In this document: one piece after another, positions 10,521 to 19,720 of the stretch
Layout of the letters: every line of letters begins with the position of its first letter
Position numbering within the stretch: the first letter of the stretch is position 1
NCBI GenBank assembly: GCA_016194285.1
Contig: JACQBZ010000028.1
Span: 25,320 to 89,319, forward strand
Direction of reading: 5' to 3'
DNA length: 64,000 nt
DNA from: Nitrospirota bacterium
Lineage (GTDB): Bacteria > Nitrospirota > Nitrospiria > JACQBZ01
The notes under the pieces: generated by a model
What the model was told of the DNA's origin: nothing
The model's input: only the letters and a program-made list of their open reading frames with translations
Databases searched by the model: none
Translations under genes and position numbers: made by a program

Positions 10521-10844
10521 ATGATTACCCTTACCGAGAGCGCAGCCAACGAAGTAAAACGATTAATGCAAGCACAGAATCTGACCGATGCCAACTTGAG
10601 GATGGGTGTGAAGGGCGGCGGATGTTCGGGGATGTCTTACACGCTGAACTTCGAATCCGAAACCCGTGAACAGGACCAAGTTTTCGAGGTCCATGGCGTC
10701 AAGGTCGCTATCGATCCCAAGAGCCTGCTCTATCTGGAAGGAACGACGCTGGATTTTGTGAACGGCCTTGAAGGAACAGGTTTTAAATTTGTCAACCCAA
10801 ACGCCACCAAAAGCTGCGGATGTGGGAGCTCTTTCTCGGCCTAA
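10521..10844 (+). CDS. iscA: A-type Fe-S carrier IscA
   Basis: GGGCSGMSY and NPNATKSCGCGSSF. Confidence 0.93.
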   Translation: MITLTESAANEVKRLMQAQNLTDANLRMGVKGGGCSGMSYTLNFESETREQDQVFEVHGVKVAIDPKSLLYLEGTTLDFVNGLEGTGFKFVNPNATKSCGCGSSFSA

Positions 10845-10889
10845 CCATGGTCGGCAATTCAACCTTTGGATCGGCAGGGATAAAGAGCT

Positions 10890-11600
10890 GTGTCGGATGA
10901 AAAGGATTTGCTCGCAAGAAGCCTATGCTGGAATTGTCACTCGGAACTGGGAGGTGAGTACTTTTGCGACCATTGCATTAAGATTCAGCCTGCTCCGTCC
11001 CAGCTCGATTATTTCCAGCGGTTCAGCCTTCCCCGTCATCTAACCATTAATCTTCAGGATTTAGAACGACGGTTCCACGAATTAAGTCGGAAATTCCATC
11101 CGGATCTGTTCCAACGAGGATCAGATCAGGAAAAGGCGATCAGCCTTGAAAACTCGGCCTTACTGAATACGGCCTACCGAACCCTTCGTGATCCGATTCT
11201 CCGCGTGGAATATCTCATCCGCCTCGAAGAAGGGGCGGTGAAGGATATTCCGGCCAAAGCCCCTGCCGACCTGTTAGAAGAAATATTGGAACTTCAGGAA
11301 AGTCTCGAAGAATATAAGCAGGTCGGAAAAACGGCCCCCGAGAAAAGCGCGGATCTTCGGAAAACATTGTTGGTGGAACAGAAGCGAATCGGTTCCCGGA
11401 AAATGGTTTTGGAAAAGGACCTCTTTAGTCTTTTTGAGGAATGGGATCGTTTGCAGGATCAACACCTTTTTAAACCGGATGGGCAACAAGCGCATCGGCG
11501 ATCGTTGCTGCAGCGAATGAAGGATTTACTTTCAGCCCGGGCTTATTTGAAAACCGTACTGCAGGACCTGGACGAAGGGCTTCATGATCATCATCCGTAA
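10890..11600 (+). CDS. hscB: Fe-S co-chaperone HscB
   Basis: J-domain HPD motif, LNTAYRTLRDPILRVEYL; N-terminal CWNC...CDHC. Confidence 0.92.
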   Translation: MSDEKDLLARSLCWNCHSELGGEYFCDHCIKIQPAPSQLDYFQRFSLPRHLTINLQDLERRFHELSRKFHPDLFQRGSDQEKAISLENSALLNTAYRTLRDPILRVEYLIRLEEGAVKDIPAKAPADLLEEILELQESLEEYKQVGKTAPEKSADLRKTLLVEQKRIGSRKMVLEKDLFSLFEEWDRLQDQHLFKPDGQQAHRRSLLQRMKDLLSARAYLKTVLQDLDEGLHDHHP

Positions 11601-11612
11601 AGGTGAACACCG

Positions 11613-13436
11613 ATGTCAAAGATAGTGGGAATCGATCTCGGCACGACCAACAGTCTTGTCGCGTACATGGACGGTAAAGAGCCAAAGGTCATTGCGGACC
11701 GCGAGGGCCGGACGCTCGTCCCGTCCGTGATTTCGGTCGACGAGCAAGGTTGGATTGTCGGGGCGCGGGCCCAACGACGATTGATGACCCATCCGCAATC
11801 GACGGTTTATTCGGTCAAGCGTTTGATGGGAAAAGGGCTTGCCGATGCTCAAGAAGAGCGCAAGTACTTTCCCGTCTCTCTGACCGAGAAGCAGCCCGGA
11901 ATCATTCAGGTCGAATTGGGCCCATACCGATTGACCCCGCCCGAGTTATCGGCGCTCATTCTTAAGGAAGTCAAACACCGCGCGGAGGAATTTCTAGAGA
12001 CGACAGTCACACAAGCCGTCATCACGGTGCCGGCCTATTTCAATGACAGTCAGCGACAGGCGACCAAGGATGCGGGACGGATCGCCGGGTTGGATGTCTT
12101 GCGTATTGTGAACGAACCCACGGCGGCCTGCTTGGCCTACGGTCTCCAGAAAAAAAAGCAGGGTGTGATTGCGGTTTACGATTTGGGGGGCGGGACCTTT
12201 GATATCTCCATCCTGAAAGTCAAGGAAGGGATCTTTGAAGTTCTGGCCACCAATGGAAACACTCATTTGGGCGGGGATGACCTTGACCAACGGCTTATGG
12301 AACTGGTCCTGCAAGAAATCCGGGTTGAATTCGGACAGGATCTCCAAAGGGATGTGGAAGCGGTTCAGCAAATTCGCTTGGGGATGGAGAAAGCCAAGCG
12401 GCAACTGTCGACCGAAGAAGTGACCGAAGTTGTGATACCGCTAAAACAAGGGGTTGTTTATCGCCGCTCGCTTAAACGGGGTGAGCTCGAGTCCCGGGTC
12501 AGGGATCTGATCGATTTAACCATCGGCCCGTGTCGGCAGGCTCTGGAAGATGCGCATTTGTCGTTGAAAGATGTCGACGAAGTTGTTTTAGTGGGCGGCG
12601 CAACGCGCATGCCGTTGGTGCATCGATTGGTTCAGGAATTTTTTCAAAAAGCGCCCCACTCTGAACTGAATCCGGATGAAGTGGTCGCCTTGGGTGCCGC
12701 GGTCCAGGCCGATATCCTGGCGGGTGGCATTCAGAACATGCTCTTGTTGGACGTGACGCCCTTGTCGCTTGGCATCGAGACCATGGGGGGCGTAATGAGC
12801 GTGCTGATTCCGCGCAACAGTACGATCCCGACCAACGCCAAGGAACTTTTCACGACGTTCGTCGACGGTCAGCGTTCCGTGGACGTCCATGTCTACCAAG
12901 GGGAACGGGAGTTGGTGCAGGATAATCGCAGCCTCGCGAGATTCCAGCTCAAAGATCTCGATCCCCTGCCGGCGGGCCTGCCGCGGATCGAGGTCCATTT
13001 TACGATCGATGCGAATGGAATTCTTCACGTGAGCGCGAAGGATCTGCGCAGCGGCCGGGATCAGACGATCGAGGTGAAACCCTCCTACGGGCTCAGCGAC
13101 GACGAGGTCGCGCGGATGATCGAGGAGTCCTTCAAGTTTGCCAAAAGCGATATGGAAGCCCGATTGTTAATCGAAGCTCGGAACGAGGCCGCGACGATTC
13201 TCCGTCATACTGAACGGGCTTTAAAACAAGGGGAGCCACTGATCGCTTTGGACGAGCGAGATCGCATCCGAGACCGGATCACGGCGCTTAAGAAGGCCAC
13301 GGAAGGCGATGACCACCGTTTGATCCGCGAGAGGATCGAACAACTGGACAAGATCACGGTTCATCTGGCCGAATGTTTAATGGATTCGACCTTGCAGAGC
13401 GGTTTAAAAGATAAAAAACTTTCGGAACTGCCCTGA
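11613..13436 (+). CDS. hscA: Fe-S chaperone HscA (Hsp70 family)
   Basis: [32 protein letters not shown]; isc operon context. Confidence 0.93.
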   Translation: MSKIVGIDLGTTNSLVAYMDGKEPKVIADREGRTLVPSVISVDEQGWIVGARAQRRLMTHPQSTVYSVKRLMGKGLADAQEERKYFPVSLTEKQPGIIQVELGPYRLTPPELSALILKEVKHRAEEFLETTVTQAVITVPAYFNDSQRQATKDAGRIAGLDVLRIVNEPTAACLAYGLQKKKQGVIAVYDLGGGTFDISILKVKEGIFEVLATNGNTHLGGDDLDQRLMELVLQEIRVEFGQDLQRDVEAVQQIRLGMEKAKRQLSTEEVTEVVIPLKQGVVYRRSLKRGELESRVRDLIDLTIGPCRQALEDAHLSLKDVDEVVLVGGATRMPLVHRLVQEFFQKAPHSELNPDEVVALGAAVQADILAGGIQNMLLLDVTPLSLGIETMGGVMSVLIPRNSTIPTNAKELFTTFVDGQRSVDVHVYQGERELVQDNRSLARFQLKDLDPLPAGLPRIEVHFTIDANGILHVSAKDLRSGRDQTIEVKPSYGLSDDEVARMIEESFKFAKSDMEARLLIEARNEAATILRHTERALKQGEPLIALDERDRIRDRITALKKATEGDDHRLIRERIEQLDKITVHLAECLMDSTLQSGLKDKKLSELP

Positions 13437-13464
13437 ACCGGTCGAAAAACAGGAAAGATTTTCT

Positions 13465-13869
13465 ATGGAAACAAAAGTCGGGGATGTTTTGCAGAACAGC
13501 AAGACCGCCGCGGAAGGGAACGGCGTCAAAAAGAAATACAAGGTGACCTTCCTGCCGATGAATGTGACGGTGGAAGTGGATGAATCGCAGTTCCCGTTGC
13601 AGCACGACGGCAAACCGGGTTCTCTCCTGGACATCGCATTGGCTCATGGGCTTAAGATGGGCCACAACTGCGGCGGAAACTGCGCCTGCACCACCTGCCA
13701 TGTCGTTGTGAAGCAGGGCCTGGAGAACCTCTCTCCCATGCAGCAAGACGAAGAGGACCGTCTGGATATCGCCGAGGGTCTGACCCTGTCTTCACGATTG
13801 GGCTGCCAGGCGGTTGTCAAAGGCGACGTCGTCGCGGAAATCATGGAAGAGGGCGAAGCCGGTCATTAA
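13465..13869 (+). CDS. fdx: ISC-type [2Fe-2S] ferredoxin
   Basis: HNCGGNCACTTCH and SRLGCQA. Confidence 0.92.
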   Translation: METKVGDVLQNSKTAAEGNGVKKKYKVTFLPMNVTVEVDESQFPLQHDGKPGSLLDIALAHGLKMGHNCGGNCACTTCHVVVKQGLENLSPMQQDEEDRLDIAEGLTLSSRLGCQAVVKGDVVAEIMEEGEAGH

Positions 13870-13886
13870 CGCCGAAAGGATCAGTC

Positions 13887-14099
13887 ATGGAGTTGGATTG
13901 GCAGGACGCGGAAGAGATCGCGTTGCGATTGTTTGACCGATACCCGGATCTGGATCCCCTGACGGTGCGATTTACCCAGATGCATCAATGGGTGACGGAA
14001 CTGTCCGAGTTCAAAGGCGATCCCAAAGCCTCCAATGAAAAAATACTGGAGTCGATTCAAATAGCCTGGTACGAAGAATACAAAGCGGCCCACGAATAG
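13887..14099 (+). CDS. iscX: Fe-S assembly protein IscX
   Basis: WQDAEEIA...DPLTVRFTQMHQW...SNEKILESIQIAW. Confidence 0.93.
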   Translation: MELDWQDAEEIALRLFDRYPDLDPLTVRFTQMHQWVTELSEFKGDPKASNEKILESIQIAWYEEYKAAHE

Positions 14100-14106
14100 G
14101 CAAGGG

Positions 14107-14370
14107 TTACCAAACAACCACGGAATGAGAAGAGAGAATGAGATCGAGCATTTTTTCGTAATGGATCGATTCAAATTCCGAAGCAATTCCTCTCTTTTGA
14201 GCATCTTCTTCCAGAACATAGATCTTGACCGGTAGATCCGGGTGCAAACGAACCGCTTCTTGAATCAGAAGGACAGACAGGTCTCGGTCGGGTCCGTTCG
14301 CTTCTTTGGAAATGGCCGCCAGGGCTTCCGTGGGGTTGTCGTCTTTGAGAATATGAAAGATACGGACCAT
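14107..14370 (-). CDS. DsrH/TusB-like small sulfur-relay protein
   Basis: LLIQEAV, YVLEEDAQKRGI, IHYEKMLDLI..HSVVVW resemble DsrH/TusB. Confidence 0.65.
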   Translation of the reverse strand: MVRIFHILKDDNPTEALAAISKEANGPDRDLSVLLIQEAVRLHPDLPVKIYVLEEDAQKRGIASEFESIHYEKMLDLILSSHSVVVW

Positions 14371-14382
14371 TCCTCTCCTCGA

Positions 14383-14730
14383 TCAAAAGATAAAAAATCG
14401 GCCGGCCCGTTGAACCAGATCGGCAATTTGATCAAACGAAACGGTCTGGATTGTATAGTCCGATCCCTCCGGCAGATGGGCCTTTAATGCGTTTTCCTCG
14501 ATAAAGAAGGTCTGGCCCAACTCTTTGAAGGTGGGGAGATATTTCTGGAGGATGTCGCCGTCGATGAGATCTTCGGTGTCATCGGACAGCAGGAGCGGGG
14601 CCTGGTTGAGAAGCACGACCGCCACGGCGTGTTCGCCGCTGACGAAGCCCAGAGCGATTCGGATGGCCTCAACTGGTCGATGGCTTTCGAGAGGGTTGCT
14701 TTTAATCAGGACCAGAATGGTATCGGCCAT
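14383..14730 (-). CDS. DsrF/DsrE-family protein
   Basis: ILVLIKSNP.ESHRPVEAIRIALG pattern; middle gene of the trio. Confidence 0.65.
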   Translation of the reverse strand: MADTILVLIKSNPLESHRPVEAIRIALGFVSGEHAVAVVLLNQAPLLLSDDTEDLIDGDILQKYLPTFKELGQTFFIEENALKAHLPEGSDYTIQTVSFDQIADLVQRAGRFFIF

Positions 14731-14738
14731 GGAAGGGA

Positions 14739-15059
14739 TCAGTTAAAGGAAATAAATTGGTCACAGCCCTTGACCAGATCGGATAGAACCACCAGGCCAC
14801 ACGGGGTGGCTTTACCGCTCAGTGGAACATGGTGGTGTTCCGCCCCGTAAGCGCAAACGAATAATTTCAATCCTTGTTCGGTTAACGCGTTCAATCGGGG
14901 ATGGTCCATTGCCAGAGTTCCTTGATCGATCAGATACAAATAGACCTGACATTTGGCGGCTATCGCGGTTTCAGTCAGGCGAATTACGGTTTCGAGGTTG
15001 GGGTGTTGTGGAGGTGTCGACAGAAGAAGGCCAAGTTTCTTTTTTTCATGAGTCAACAC
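14739..15059 (-). CDS. DsrE/TusD-family protein
   Basis: LLSTPP, VYLYLIDQG, LFVCAYGA (conserved Cys), GLVVLSDLVKGCDQFISF. Confidence 0.7.
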   Translation of the reverse strand: MLTHEKKKLGLLLSTPPQHPNLETVIRLTETAIAAKCQVYLYLIDQGTLAMDHPRLNALTEQGLKLFVCAYGAEHHHVPLSGKATPCGLVVLSDLVKGCDQFISFN

Positions 15060-15186
15060 AACCCTACTCTAACACCCACTTCTTCGATTTGTCAATTTGT
15101 AAGGGATCACTGGGTAGATACCCACGGGCAACATGAGTTTATCCAATCGTTGCTCACCTGTAATCCACAGCCTCCCCCCAAGCAAT

Positions 15187-15272
15187 GCACAATATATGGG
15201 TGGGTAAGCAAGTTATATGCCCTCTATATTGTGCATTTTTTTCTTGACATGCATTTGGAAAATTGATATATC
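15187..15272 (+). promoter_or_regulatory. Tandem NrdR boxes and sigma70 promoter of the nrdJ locus
   Basis: GCACAATATATGGGTG (15187-15202) and GCCCTCTATATTGTGC (15219-15234), 32 bp apart, resemble acaCwAtATaTwGtg; TTGACA 15244-15249, 17 nt, TATATC with extended TG. Confidence 0.7.
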
Positions 15273-15469
15273 ACATGACACATTTTCTACAATTCTGGTT
15301 CAATATTGTACCAAACGTCGTAAAAGCATTTCAGGCGGGTTCTGCAATTCTCAAGAAATCCGGTCAGGATCTAAAACATGCAACGGATTACCTTGTTATC
15401 CATCATCGGACCGGTTCCGAAAAGTAGGGGCGAGCGGGGTTCGTTCCACATTCTATCTAAGGAGGTTAA

Positions 15470-15727
15470 ATGACTCCAAGGCATATTTATGATGCGGAAG
15501 GGTATTGGGTGGCGTTTGTGGTGGGCACAGAGGTGTTTTTACGGGGCGGAGAATGGCTCGGCCGGCTGTCCGATCATCATGAGATCCGCGATCAGGACGG
15601 ACAGCTTCAGGGCTTCATGGATGATGACGGCCGACTGTTGATACTTGAATCCGAATCGGTTCGGATGAACGTCCCGGTACGGGTTACCTCGCGTGAAGCG
15701 GAGCGAGGCACGGAGAAAGTCCGATAA
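15470..15727 (+). CDS. Small hypothetical beta-hairpin repeat protein (4-fold beta-flower-like)
   Basis: Strong RBS TAAGGAGG; repeated IYDAEGYWVAF / FLRGGEWLGRL / IRDQDGQLQGF units. Confidence 0.65.
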   Translation: MTPRHIYDAEGYWVAFVVGTEVFLRGGEWLGRLSDHHEIRDQDGQLQGFMDDDGRLLILESESVRMNVPVRVTSREAERGTEKVR

Positions 15728-15789
15728 GCAATCCTTATCACATCAAGGGATCTGGTCGAGTGGGAGATCAAAGGATAAAGGAGGATTCT

Positions 15790-18159
15790 ATGGAGATCGA
15801 AAAGAACGTCGATCATGCAAAAACGCATGGCTTCTCTCGACTCTCCAAACACTTCCCAATCACCAATCTGCGCGAGGGTCAATCCCCTGACCCGCAGACC
15901 CTCTGGGAAAGACGTGGCCAATGGACCCCCAATGCCTTAAAGGTGATGGAGGAAAGATACCTTCGGAAGGAGAACGGCCAGCTTCAAGAAACCGCCGAAG
16001 CCATGTTCAAACGGGTTGCCATGGCGATTGCGAAGGCCGAAAGCCATTGGGGGGCATCCACCCCGGAGGTGGAGGGGGTGGCCGCGCAATTTTATGATCG
16101 GATGATCCGGGGGCAGTTCATGCCGAACAGCCCAACCTTGATGAACGCGGGCAAGGAAAACGGGCTTCAGTATTCGGCCTGCTATGTCCTTCCGATCGAA
16201 GACTCGATCCGGGGCATCTTCGATGCAATCAAAAATGCCGCCGTGATTCACCAGTCGGGCGGCGGAACCGGCTTTTCATTCTCTCGGTTGCGGGCCAAAG
16301 GATCCTTGGTTTCCACCACCCAGGGCGAGGCCAGTGGGCCGGTCAGTTTTCTGAAGGTATTCGACGCCGCCACGAATTCCATCAAGCAAGGCGGCACCCG
16401 TCGGGGGGCCAACATGGCCATTCTCAATTACAACCATCCCGACATCATGGAGTTTGTGCTCTGCAAACGCAAACGGCAGATCACGAATTTCAATATCTCC
16501 GTGGCCGTGACCGAAGAATTCATGCAGGCGGTTTCGACGGGAAAAGAATACAACCTGATCTCGCCCCATACGGGGAAAGCCGTGGGCCGGCTCAATGCCC
16601 GCGAAGTCTTCGATGAGATCGTGGAATCGGCTTGGCAGACCGGCGATCCGGGGCTGGTCTTCATCGATCGCATGAATCAGGGACCGTCCAACCCCGTGCC
16701 CAAGATGGGTCCCGTCGAAGCCACGAATCCGTGCGGGGAGCAACCGCTCTACCCCAATGAGGCCTGCAATCTGGGATCCTTGAACCTCCTTTCTTTCGTC
16801 AACAGGAAAACCGGGAAATGGGGGATGGACTGGGAGGAGTTGGAGCAGGCCGTCCGAGTGACGGTCCGGTTTCTGGACGACGTGATCGAGGTCAATCCGT
16901 ACCCGTTGCCGGAGATCGATGCCGCCGTCAAGGCCAATCGTCGCATCGGTCTGGGCGTGATGGGTTGGGCCCATCTTCTTTTCCGTTTGGGAATTCCCTA
17001 TCACAGTGAGGAGGCCTTGGCGCTGGGCCGGAAGATCATGGGCTTCATCAATTCGGTCGGCCATCACGAGTCCGAAAACCTGGCCGAAGTGCGGGGGCCC
17101 TTTCCCAATTGGTCGGATAGCATCTACCGGAATAGCCGTCCTCTTCGGAATTCCACCGTGACCACCATCGCCCCGACCGGGACGATCAGCATCATCGCGG
17201 GCTGTTCATCGGGAATTGAGCCGGTTTTCGCGCTGGCGTTCCGTCACGTTTCCGGAGAAAGAAAACTGACCTTCGTGGACCCCGTCTTTGAGACCATCGC
17301 CCAGGAACGGGGTTTCTACAGCCCGGCCCTGATGGACCGAATCAGCGAGCAGGGAAACATCGACGGCATCGAGGAGGTGCACGCGGATCTGCGCGACGTG
17401 TTTCAGGCCTCGCACCAGATCTCGCCCGAATGGCATATCCGGATGCAGGGGGCGTTTCAGGAGTATACGGACAACGCCGTTTCCAAAACGATCAACCTGG
17501 CCAACTCCGCGGCGCGCGATGACGTGAAAAAAGCGTACCAGTTGGCGTATCAAGTCGGTTGCTTAGGAATCACCGTTTTCCGGGACGGTTGTCTGGAAGA
17601 ACAGGTTTTGAACGTCGGCACGTCGGCCAAACCCAAGACGGTATCCGCGGCCGCGTCGGCCGGGGAGGAAGTAAAAAAAGTCAAACCCCGTCCTTACAAG
17701 CGGGTCGGCGTCACCTTGAGCAAGGAGACGCCGTTAGGAACGGTGCACATCACGATGAACAACGATGAAGAGGGACCGGCCGAGGTGTTTATGACGATCG
17801 GAAAAGCCGGAAGCGACATCATGGCGATGGCCGAATCATTGGGGCGGTCGATTTCGCTCTATCTGCGCACGCCTTCTTACCTCTCGCGCTATGAAAAAGT
17901 TCAAGAGGAGGCGGAGCAGCTGCGCGGCATCGGGGGCGCGCGGTCGGTCGGGTTCGGGGAGGCCCGCGTCTCTTCACTGGCGGACGCCATCGCCCGTGCG
18001 ATGGAAGAGCATTGGCTCAAGTCGCCGAACAGCGGCAACGGTCACGGGAAGAGCGGAAGTTTCCGCCTCACCGGAAACCTCTGTCCGAAATGCGGTGTCC
18101 AGATGGCCCGGGAGGAAGGCTGCCAGAAATGCTACTCCTGCGGTTATTCGGAATGCTGA
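15790..18159 (+). CDS. nrdJ: Class II (adenosylcobalamin-dependent) ribonucleotide reductase
   Basis: FMPNSPTLMNAG, SACYV, QGGTRRGANM, TNPCGEQPL..EACNLGS, TIAPTGTIS, C-terminal CPKC...EEGCQKCYSCGYSEC; RBS GAGGA before ATG 15790. Confidence 0.95.
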   Translation: MEIEKNVDHAKTHGFSRLSKHFPITNLREGQSPDPQTLWERRGQWTPNALKVMEERYLRKENGQLQETAEAMFKRVAMAIAKAESHWGASTPEVEGVAAQFYDRMIRGQFMPNSPTLMNAGKENGLQYSACYVLPIEDSIRGIFDAIKNAAVIHQSGGGTGFSFSRLRAKGSLVSTTQGEASGPVSFLKVFDAATNSIKQGGTRRGANMAILNYNHPDIMEFVLCKRKRQITNFNISVAVTEEFMQAVSTGKEYNLISPHTGKAVGRLNAREVFDEIVESAWQTGDPGLVFIDRMNQGPSNPVPKMGPVEATNPCGEQPLYPNEACNLGSLNLLSFVNRKTGKWGMDWEELEQAVRVTVRFLDDVIEVNPYPLPEIDAAVKANRRIGLGVMGWAHLLFRLGIPYHSEEALALGRKIMGFINSVGHHESENLAEVRGPFPNWSDSIYRNSRPLRNSTVTTIAPTGTISIIAGCSSGIEPVFALAFRHVSGERKLTFVDPVFETIAQERGFYSPALMDRISEQGNIDGIEEVHADLRDVFQASHQISPEWHIRMQGAFQEYTDNAVSKTINLANSAARDDVKKAYQLAYQVGCLGITVFRDGCLEEQVLNVGTSAKPKTVSAAASAGEEVKKVKPRPYKRVGVTLSKETPLGTVHITMNNDEEGPAEVFMTIGKAGSDIMAMAESLGRSISLYLRTPSYLSRYEKVQEEAEQLRGIGGARSVGFGEARVSSLADAIARAMEEHWLKSPNSGNGHGKSGSFRLTGNLCPKCGVQMAREEGCQKCYSCGYSEC

Positions 18160-18172
18160 TCGGGGGCTCAAG

Positions 18173-19069
18173 ATTTCTGCTCGTCGGCGGCTGAATCTTT
18201 TCGTCATCGGCGTATGGGTGAGCTTGGGTGGCTTGGCCGTAGCGCAGTCGCCATGCCTCGGCTTGGAGGATTGTCTGAAGGACCTGAAATCGCCGGACGC
18301 CTCCAAGAAGTCCGGCGCCATTTTTATGCTGGGAACCTTGAAAGATAAACGGGCCACGCCGGCACTCGTGGAGCTCTTAAAAGAAGAACGCGATTTCGAG
18401 GTCCGTTCGTCGGCCGTCAAGGCCGTCGGTGCCCTTCATGATCCGAGGGCGGTGCCGGTCTTAGCGGGCCTTTTGGATGACAAGGGTCTACAGCAGGACG
18501 CGGCCGATGCGTTGGTGAAGATCGCGGATAAGTCGGCGGTAGAGGCTCTTATTCAGGGTCTCAAGCATCCCGAAATCCAAGTCGCGGCCGTGCGGGGACT
18601 GGGCGAAATTGCGGCTCCTTCCGCAAAGCCGGCGTTGACGGCGTTGTGGCGTCAGACCGACAACGAGCGTGTGCGGGGTCTGAGCGTCTTGGCCATTCAA
18701 AGGATCAATTCGATCTGGGGCCCCACCGAAGAGGAGATGGGGATTCCACGTTATCCCAAGTCCGAATTTATGCCGAACGCCCGGGGGGAATGGATTTTTG
18801 TTTCAGAGGATCCACTGCCAAAGGTATCCGATTTCTTCAAAAAGCACCTCAAGAAAGAGCCGTTGACCTTTCAGGGTTTCAAGGAAAGGTACGAGAACGA
18901 AATTGGCGAGGACAAAGAGGGCATTCCTCCCAATCAACCAAACCTGATCTTCGTGGCTGAGGAGCAAAAATTCCAGGGAAGGAACTATCCGGCGAAGCTG
19001 ATTTTTCTCCAAGCGAATAAGAGCGAGACCGAGATCAAGATCTTCAAAGCCATCGGAGGGCCGGATTGA
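18173..19069 (+). CDS. Exported HEAT repeat protein (start uncertain)
   Basis: Signal-peptide-like ISARRRLNLFVIGVWVSLGGLAVA then HEAT repeats (DKRATPALVELL, DPRAVPVLAGLL); the track start 17891 lies inside nrdJ. Confidence 0.65.
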   Translation: MSARRRLNLFVIGVWVSLGGLAVAQSPCLGLEDCLKDLKSPDASKKSGAIFMLGTLKDKRATPALVELLKEERDFEVRSSAVKAVGALHDPRAVPVLAGLLDDKGLQQDAADALVKIADKSAVEALIQGLKHPEIQVAAVRGLGEIAAPSAKPALTALWRQTDNERVRGLSVLAIQRINSIWGPTEEEMGIPRYPKSEFMPNARGEWIFVSEDPLPKVSDFFKKHLKKEPLTFQGFKERYENEIGEDKEGIPPNQPNLIFVAEEQKFQGRNYPAKLIFLQANKSETEIKIFKAIGGPD

Positions 19070-19092
19070 GTCCGGAAAATGCCGATTCTCTC

Positions 19093-19286
19093 TTGACATT
19101 GCCGATGCCGATTGGTAGTATTTTCAAGTTTATTTTTCCTATGCAATAAGACGAACCTCATTTCATACGTAGCTGTTCTGTTCATTGACGGTCGGATGAG
19201 CCCCGACCGTGGAAAGTGAGCTGACCCAGCTATCTTGCCCGGGATTCTGCTATGAATCCTGAGGCGGATACCTGGGTCATTTTTTT
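19093..19286 (+). promoter_or_regulatory. Promoter plus structured leader with intrinsic terminator upstream of DUF3870 gene
   Basis: TTGACA 19093-19098, 17 nt, TAGTAT; hairpin 19188-19210; long hairpin TGACCCAG/CTGGGTCA 19222-19279 followed by T7. Confidence 0.6.
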
Positions 19287-19369
19287 GTGGCGGCAACCTT
19301 ATTCATCGGAGTAGACTGGAATAATGTAAACGAGGGACAGCATCCTCAAAACGGAAAAAGGATCAGACG

Positions 19370-19717
19370 ATGAACCACAAAGCGGAAACGTTCATCTTCG
19401 GAGGACAGGCCCGACTGCCCAAAGAGCTCTCGGCCGTTGAGGTGTTTCAGGTGATTGCGCATGTGGAGGTGCCGACCGGAAAGGTGGTGGAGGTCGATTT
19501 CATGCCCTGTCCGCCGTTAATCATGGGTATGCTGAAACAGATGATGGTCGGCATGTCGCTGCAAAGCGACGTCAATGACCTGCTCGTTCAAATCGAACAG
19601 CGGCTTTTTCATAAATCCAAAAAGGCCGTGATCACGGCGATTAAAGATCTGGTCCGGGAATACCGGGAGTATCTGTACCGGGCTTCAAAAGCCACCCATC
19701 CGTCCTCGGAAGGCTGA
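19370..19717 (+). CDS. DUF3870 family protein
   Basis: GQARLP...TGKVVEVDF...MVGMSL...IEQRLFHKSKKAVITAIKD matches the DUF3870 pattern as I recall it. Confidence 0.65.
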   Translation: MNHKAETFIFGGQARLPKELSAVEVFQVIAHVEVPTGKVVEVDFMPCPPLIMGMLKQMMVGMSLQSDVNDLLVQIEQRLFHKSKKAVITAIKDLVREYREYLYRASKATHPSSEG

Positions 19718-19720
19718 CGT

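Noticed and set aside
1..15400. Horizontally acquired island suggested by apparently lower GC in the left part
   Set aside because: Impression only, not computed; genes are core functions with no integrase or boundary repeats.
15275..15470. Possible cobalamin riboswitch in the nrdJ leader
   Set aside because: No GGGAA/B12-box motifs found; only short hairpins.
17891..18152. N-terminal 90 aa of the 392-aa track ORF
   Set aside because: Overlaps nrdJ in another frame and has shadow-like composition.
19180..19280. ZTP or T-box identity for the DUF3870 leader
   Set aside because: Lacks the ZTP GACUGGCG/CGCCUGGG pairing and the T-box UGGNACC motif.
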